From assembly GCF_000320405.1 (NCBI RefSeq), contig NZ_KB291616.1:16833-80832 (forward strand): a DNA stretch of 64,000 nt. Direction: 5' to 3'. The stretch comes from Clostridium celatum DSM 1785. GTDB taxonomy: Bacteria; Bacillota; Clostridia; Clostridiales; Clostridiaceae. The notes below the pieces were generated by a model. It was not told the origin of the DNA. It searched no databases and saw only the letters and a list, made by a program, of their open reading frames with translations. Below are positions 59,440-64,000 of the stretch, in pieces. Positions within the stretch are counted from its first letter, which is position 1. Every line of letters begins with the position of its first letter. Made by a program: the position numbers and the translations under genes.

Positions 59440-59772
59440 ATGATAAAGAAAAGATTTGTAATTAAAATTGATAATAGCACTAGAAAATTGCCATTTGAAG
59501 GTGAGCCCAACAGTATAATTGATTTGGTTGCCGATAATAAAGTAAAACAAAGAAGAATATATGGAGAAAATGGTAAAGTATTAAAAGATATAGATACTTC
59601 TAATCATAATAAACCTAAATTTCATCCAATGGGTGCTCATAAACATATTTATAATCATGATAATGATTGTAAACCTCATGGAAGTATTGAAGATTTAACA
59701 GAAGAGGAAATCAATCAAAATAAAGATATTATAGTTGAAGGAGTAAATCATTATTATGTTAAACAATTATAA
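59440..59772 (+). CDS. Hypothetical His-rich small protein
   Basis: ORF only. Confidence 0.35.
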   Translation: MIKKRFVIKIDNSTRKLPFEGEPNSIIDLVADNKVKQRRIYGENGKVLKDIDTSNHNKPKFHPMGAHKHIYNHDNDCKPHGSIEDLTEEEINQNKDIIVEGVNHYYVKQL

Positions 59773-59804
59773 ATTTTATATTTTTATGTTTTAGAGGTGA
59801 GCTT

Positions 59805-60539
59805 ATGAAAGACCTTGTAATAATGAACTTTTCTCGTATATATGAACATGAAAGTTTTTTTAAAAATAAAGAGTATCAATGGATTGATTGTACAAAAATT
59901 AATGGTACAACTGGATATTGTGATAAAGTAGCTTTTAATACTTTAAAAGAAAAGATAAATAATATTAGTCCAGAAGGAATTCATTTTATAGATTCAGGGA
60001 GCTATCATTATATTACTACTTTATGGACAAGCAAGATAAAAAAAGAATTTGTGCTTGTGGTTTTTGATCATCATTGTGATATGCTAAAACCAATGTTTGG
60101 AGATATTTTATCATGTGGATCTTGGATAATGAATACTTTAGATTATAACAATTACTTAAAAAAAGTAGTATTAGTTGGTTTAAGTAAAGAACAAAAAGAG
60201 ATGATTCCAAGTGAATATTTAAATAAAATATTTTGTATATGTGATTATGATTTATTAAATATGACTGAATTAGATATTTTAAATATTATTGGCAAAAAAT
60301 ATCCAGTTTATATTTCAATCGATAAAGATGTATTAAACAAAAGCATTATAAATACATCATGGGAACAAGGAAGTATGGACTTAGATAACCTAATGAATAT
60401 TATTAGTATTATTATTAAAAATCAAATAGTAATTGGTTTAGATATTTGCGGTGAAAGTGATTTTATTAAAGTTAAGGATATTAAAACAAGTGATTATATT
60501 AATAAAAAACTTCTGAATTTATTATTTAAGGAGCTTTAA
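59805..60539 (+). CDS. Hypothetical protein with an arginase/ureohydrolase-like fold (degenerate metal-binding motifs)
   Basis: DSGSYHY, VFDHHCDM, SIDKDVLN and GLDICGE segments parallel arginase-family motifs. Weak. Confidence 0.35.
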   Translation: MKDLVIMNFSRIYEHESFFKNKEYQWIDCTKINGTTGYCDKVAFNTLKEKINNISPEGIHFIDSGSYHYITTLWTSKIKKEFVLVVFDHHCDMLKPMFGDILSCGSWIMNTLDYNNYLKKVVLVGLSKEQKEMIPSEYLNKIFCICDYDLLNMTELDILNIIGKKYPVYISIDKDVLNKSIINTSWEQGSMDLDNLMNIISIIIKNQIVIGLDICGESDFIKVKDIKTSDYINKKLLNLLFKEL

Positions 60540-60726
60540 AAGATTTTCTTATAGTATAAACAGAGTTTTATCTTAAGTTAAAATTGATGAAAAGTTAACA
60601 TTTTATATGATGTTATGTAAAAATTTATGGTTATAATTAAAAGTATATTATATTTTAGGAGGCATTATTAATGGAAAGCATGGTAAAGCGTAATTACTTA
60701 GAAATATTAAAAACTTTTTTATAGCT

Positions 60727-61323
60727 TTGGTATTTTTAGGAATAGGGTCATTCATTGGTATTAATTTCATTCCACTAACGTTAAGATATTATTTAAATAT
60801 AGCATTTTTTATATTAGTACTTATTTCTGCTTTTACAAGAAGAGGGGGATTTGTTAGAAATAAAGTAAGTATGAACATATATGCATTTATTCTAGGAATA
60901 CTAACTGGATCAACTTATATTTATTATTTTTATAATTTAGGAGCAACACTCTTTATTTCTGTAATTATTGGCGTAGTTTTAATATTTGGATTATCATATA
61001 TAATAGCCGCAAATCAAAAGGATGAAAATATCTTCAAATTAGGTCCAATTGTGACTGTAGGAATTTTAGTATTATTAGTTTTAGAGTTTATAAATATATT
61101 TTTCTTTAAGTTTGGTACATTTGATTTAATAATTTCTGCTATTGGAATTTCAATTTATTCTATTTATGCTTTAATAATTATGAAGTCAGTTCAAAATAGC
61201 TGTAAATATGGACTACTTTCAGAAACTGAAATAGTTAATTTTGCATTTTCAATTTTTATTAGCTTCTTAAATTTATTAGTTGATTTATTGAGATTTGTTT
61301 CAATTTTAAAAAATGATAATTAA
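60727..61323 (+). CDS. Hypothetical integral membrane protein (TTG start), preceded by a 17-codon mini-ORF
   Basis: Multiple TM helices. No family recognised. Confidence 0.45.
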   Translation: MVFLGIGSFIGINFIPLTLRYYLNIAFFILVLISAFTRRGGFVRNKVSMNIYAFILGILTGSTYIYYFYNLGATLFISVIIGVVLIFGLSYIIAANQKDENIFKLGPIVTVGILVLLVLEFINIFFFKFGTFDLIISAIGISIYSIYALIIMKSVQNSCKYGLLSETEIVNFAFSIFISFLNLLVDLLRFVSILKNDN

Positions 61324-61485
61324 ATTAATTTTGACTTTTCTTTAGAAAATTTTGTATAATATAATTATAGAAAATATTTTAATTGAATTTAATTATTTAA
61401 AGATTAACACAACGCGTAGTTTATTGATTAGGAACGTAAGTCCAGTTGTCAGTAACTATGCGTTTTTATTTTAAGGAGGTATTTT

Positions 61486-61983
61486 ATGTTTTCTACTAAT
61501 GATTATATTATTTATGGTAATACAGGTATATGCAAAATTGAATCTATAAAAGAAATGAAATTTGGAAATAATCCTACAAGAAAATACTATATAATAAAAC
61601 CTGTTTATGGGGAGAAAGAAACTATCTATTCACCTATTGATAATACTGCTATAAATATTAGAAAAATTATGAACTTAGATGAAGTTAAAGAATTGATTAA
61701 TGAAATTCCAAAACAGGATACTATTTGGATAGAAGATATTTCTGATAGAAAAGAGAAGTACAGTGAAATAATAAAAGGTGGAAATAGGCATGATCTTGTT
61801 AAATTAATTAAAACATTATACTTAAAAAAACAAGAAAAAGCCAAGGAAGGTAAAAAGCTAATGATTGGTGATGAAAAGCTAATGCAAGAAGCAGAAAAAA
61901 TTTTACATCAAGAATTAGCATTAATTTTAGATATTAAACCTGAAGAAGTTGCACCATTTATAACAAGTGAATTGAAAGAGTAA
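61486..61983 (+). CDS. CarD/CdnL family RNA-polymerase-binding transcription factor
   Basis: About 165 aa. N-terminal DYIIYGNTGICKIESIKEMKFGNNPTRKYYIIKP resembles the TRCF/CarD RNAP-interaction domain. Confidence 0.7.
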   Translation: MFSTNDYIIYGNTGICKIESIKEMKFGNNPTRKYYIIKPVYGEKETIYSPIDNTAINIRKIMNLDEVKELINEIPKQDTIWIEDISDRKEKYSEIIKGGNRHDLVKLIKTLYLKKQEKAKEGKKLMIGDEKLMQEAEKILHQELALILDIKPEEVAPFITSELKE

Positions 61984-61989
61984 AATAAA

Positions 61990-62031
61990 AAAGTGATTGT
62001 ATTTATTTAATACAGTCACTTTTTTATTTTA
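61990..62031. terminator. Bidirectional terminator between cdnL-like and marR-like genes
   Basis: AAAAAAGTGATTGTA...TACAGTCACTTTTTTATTTT. Confidence 0.5.
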
Positions 62032-62478
62032 TTACTTTAAAGCATTATTTGCAAAACCAACCATAACTTCTAAATATTTTTCAATATCCTCTTTAGGTAT
62101 ACCATCAGTAATTTTATTAATAAATTCAATCTGCATTTTTTGTAACTTAATTACTAAAGGTTTTGATTTTTCTGTTAACTTCAAATGTTGACATCGTCTA
62201 TCATTTTTATCTATATATATTTTTATTAGCTCTTTATCCAATAATGGTTCAACAGCTTTTGATACATATGCTTTAGAAAAGCCTTTTAATTTTGCAATAT
62301 CCTTTGCAGTATCGCAAGCAGGATTATTATATAAAAAGGCTAAAATATCAGCTTCTGGTTTTGTTATTCCACATTCATCAGCCGCTTTTGTAGATAAATT
62401 ATAATATAAATCATTTATATGTTTTATAGAATATAGTATTTTTGTTATATCAAAATTAGTTTTCATTATACCCTCCAA
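62032..62478 (-). CDS. MarR family transcriptional regulator
   Basis: Winged-helix region EADILAFLYNNPACDTAKDIAKLKGFSKAYVSKAVEPLLDKELIK. Confidence 0.8.
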   Translation of the reverse strand: MEGIMKTNFDITKILYSIKHINDLYYNLSTKAADECGITKPEADILAFLYNNPACDTAKDIAKLKGFSKAYVSKAVEPLLDKELIKIYIDKNDRRCQHLKLTEKSKPLVIKLQKMQIEFINKITDGIPKEDIEKYLEVMVGFANNALK

Positions 62479-62514
62479 ATAGTTGACATCTAAACAGTTT
62501 CTATGTAAACTATT
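62478..62514. promoter_or_regulatory. Inverted repeat AATAGTTGACAT-N13-ATGTAAACTATT in the marR/MATE divergent intergenic region. Candidate MarR operator overlapping a TTGACA -35.
   Basis: Seen in the sequence. 11 of 12 positions are complementary. Confidence 0.35.
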
Positions 62515-62574
62515 TTATAGTTAATACAATCTATTGTCAATTTTATTTATTATTTTTCAAAGGAGAATGAGATT

Positions 62575-63969
62575 ATGCAACAAAATCAAACAGAAGAATT
62601 AGGAACATGTAGCGTCGGTAAATTATTATTTAAATTAGCACTTCCTGCAATTGCCGCACAAATTATTAATTTGCTTTATAATTTAGTGGATCGTATGTAT
62701 ATTGGTCATATTGCTGAAGTTGGTAAATTAGCTCTTACTGGTGTTGGAGTATGTTTACCTTTAATTATGATTATATCTGCCTTTGCTGCATTAGTTAGTA
62801 TGGGAGGAGCACCAAGAGCATCTATTTTTCTTGGAAAAGGAGATGTTGATAACGCTGAAAAAACTCTTGGAAATTCATTTACTTTACTTATAATAGTTTC
62901 CATTATCCTAACTATTATATTTCAATTTTTTGCAAAAGATATGCTTTTAATATTTGGAGCTAGTGAAAATACAATAAGTTATGCAATAAGTTATATGAAA
63001 ATATATAGTTTAGGAACAATATTTGTTCAATTAACATTAGGACTTAATGCATTTATAAGTGCTCAAGGCTTTGCTAAAATAAGTATGTTTACTGTTTTAA
63101 TTGGAGCAATAAGTAATATTATTCTTGATCCAATTTTTATTTTTGGATTTAATATGGGTGTGTCTGGTGCTGCATTAGCTACTATAATTTCTCAATCATT
63201 ATCTATGATATGGATACTTGTATTTTTAACTGGTAAGAAAACTACATTAAAGATTAGAAAGAAAAACTTACGTTTATCAAAAAATATTATACTTCCATCA
63301 ATAGCACTTGGATTAGCTCCATTTATTATGCAAGCTACTGAAAGCCTAATTGCCGTTTGCTTTAACTCATCACTTTTAAAGTATGGTGGAGATATAGCAG
63401 TTGGAGCAATGACAATACTTACAAGTGTAATGCAATTTTCTATGTTACCACTTACAGGTTTAACTCAAGGTGGACAACCAATCATAAGTTATAATTATGG
63501 TGCTAAAAATGCAGAGAGAGTAAAAAAAGCATTTAAATTACTGCTTATTGCATGTGTCGTATATTCAACTATATTATGGGCTGGAGCAATGTTTGTACCA
63601 AAAGCTTTTGTATTAATATTCAATAATGATCCAGAGCTTATAGAGTTTACTATTCCAGCACTTAGAATTTATATGGCTGTATCTTGTATTTTTGGTGTAC
63701 AAATTGCATGTCAACAAACATTTATTGCATTAGGAAATGCTAAAACATCATTATTTTTAGCATTACTTAGAAAAGTAATATTATTAATACCTCTAATTTA
63801 TATAATGCCGATTTTTATGGAAAATAAAACAACTGCGGTATTTACAGCTGAACCAGTAGCTGATATGTTAGCAGTTACAACTACTGCTATATTATTTATA
63901 ATACAATTTAAGAAATCGATGAAAGAAATTTCTATTCCTGAAGAAAATATCAATAAGGCTAATGCATAG
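62575..63969 (+). CDS. MATE family efflux transporter
   Basis: LLFKLALPAIAAQIINLLYNLVDRMYIGH MATE N-terminal signature. 12 TM. Divergent from marR. Confidence 0.85.
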   Translation: MQQNQTEELGTCSVGKLLFKLALPAIAAQIINLLYNLVDRMYIGHIAEVGKLALTGVGVCLPLIMIISAFAALVSMGGAPRASIFLGKGDVDNAEKTLGNSFTLLIIVSIILTIIFQFFAKDMLLIFGASENTISYAISYMKIYSLGTIFVQLTLGLNAFISAQGFAKISMFTVLIGAISNIILDPIFIFGFNMGVSGAALATIISQSLSMIWILVFLTGKKTTLKIRKKNLRLSKNIILPSIALGLAPFIMQATESLIAVCFNSSLLKYGGDIAVGAMTILTSVMQFSMLPLTGLTQGGQPIISYNYGAKNAERVKKAFKLLLIACVVYSTILWAGAMFVPKAFVLIFNNDPELIEFTIPALRIYMAVSCIFGVQIACQQTFIALGNAKTSLFLALLRKVILLIPLIYIMPIFMENKTTAVFTAEPVADMLAVTTTAILFIIQFKKSMKEISIPEENINKANA

Positions 63970-64000
63970 AAAAAAACACTTATAGCTATAAAGCTATAAG

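Noticed and set aside
1-64000. CRISPR arrays, IS elements, integrases, prophage genes, tRNA or rRNA genes
   Set aside because: No regularly spaced direct repeats. No transposase, integrase or phage structural motifs in any translated ORF. No GC-rich cloverleaf-like segments in the intergenic regions.

Overview
Low-GC (about 27-28% by eye) Firmicutes chromosome segment, Clostridium-like in codon usage and RBS style. Most of the window is ordinary core and metabolic genes. I did not recognise any rRNA, tRNA, CRISPR array, transposase or integrase.

Content in order:
- Three MATE efflux pumps: one flanked by two hexapeptide O-acetyltransferase paralogs, one with an attenuator-like leader, and one paired with a divergent MarR regulator.
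- An orphan eutH ethanolamine permease.
- A feoA-feoA-feoB ferrous iron operon with an upstream Fur-box-like site and an unannotated 53-aa Cys-rich tail gene.
- gltB-gltD glutamate synthase, where gltB is interrupted by one in-frame TAG.
- A MerR regulator and an Amidase_2 cell-wall amidase.
- A 1306-aa LPXTG-anchored GH84 (NagH/NagJ-like) glycosidase.
- An FMN riboswitch followed by ribD-ribE-ribBA-ribH and a HAD phosphatase.
- A CLC channel.
- An AT-rich block of hypothetical genes that includes a 1427-aa DUF445-like giant protein.
- A UvrD-family helicase carrying an inserted DEDDh exonuclease domain.
- A preQ1-I riboswitch ahead of a nucleoside hydrolase and a QueT-like transporter, a probable queuosine salvage unit.
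- An overlapping kinase-like plus metallophosphoesterase gene pair, and a DUF2207 membrane protein.
- The [FeFe]-hydrogenase maturation cluster: TM1266-like regulator, hydE, hydG, hydF.
- A flotillin-like SPFH protein, a DeoR regulator, a Cof HAD phosphatase, Dus, BioY, a frameshifted birA, and CdnL.

All function calls rest on motif recognition from the translated ORFs. No database search was possible.
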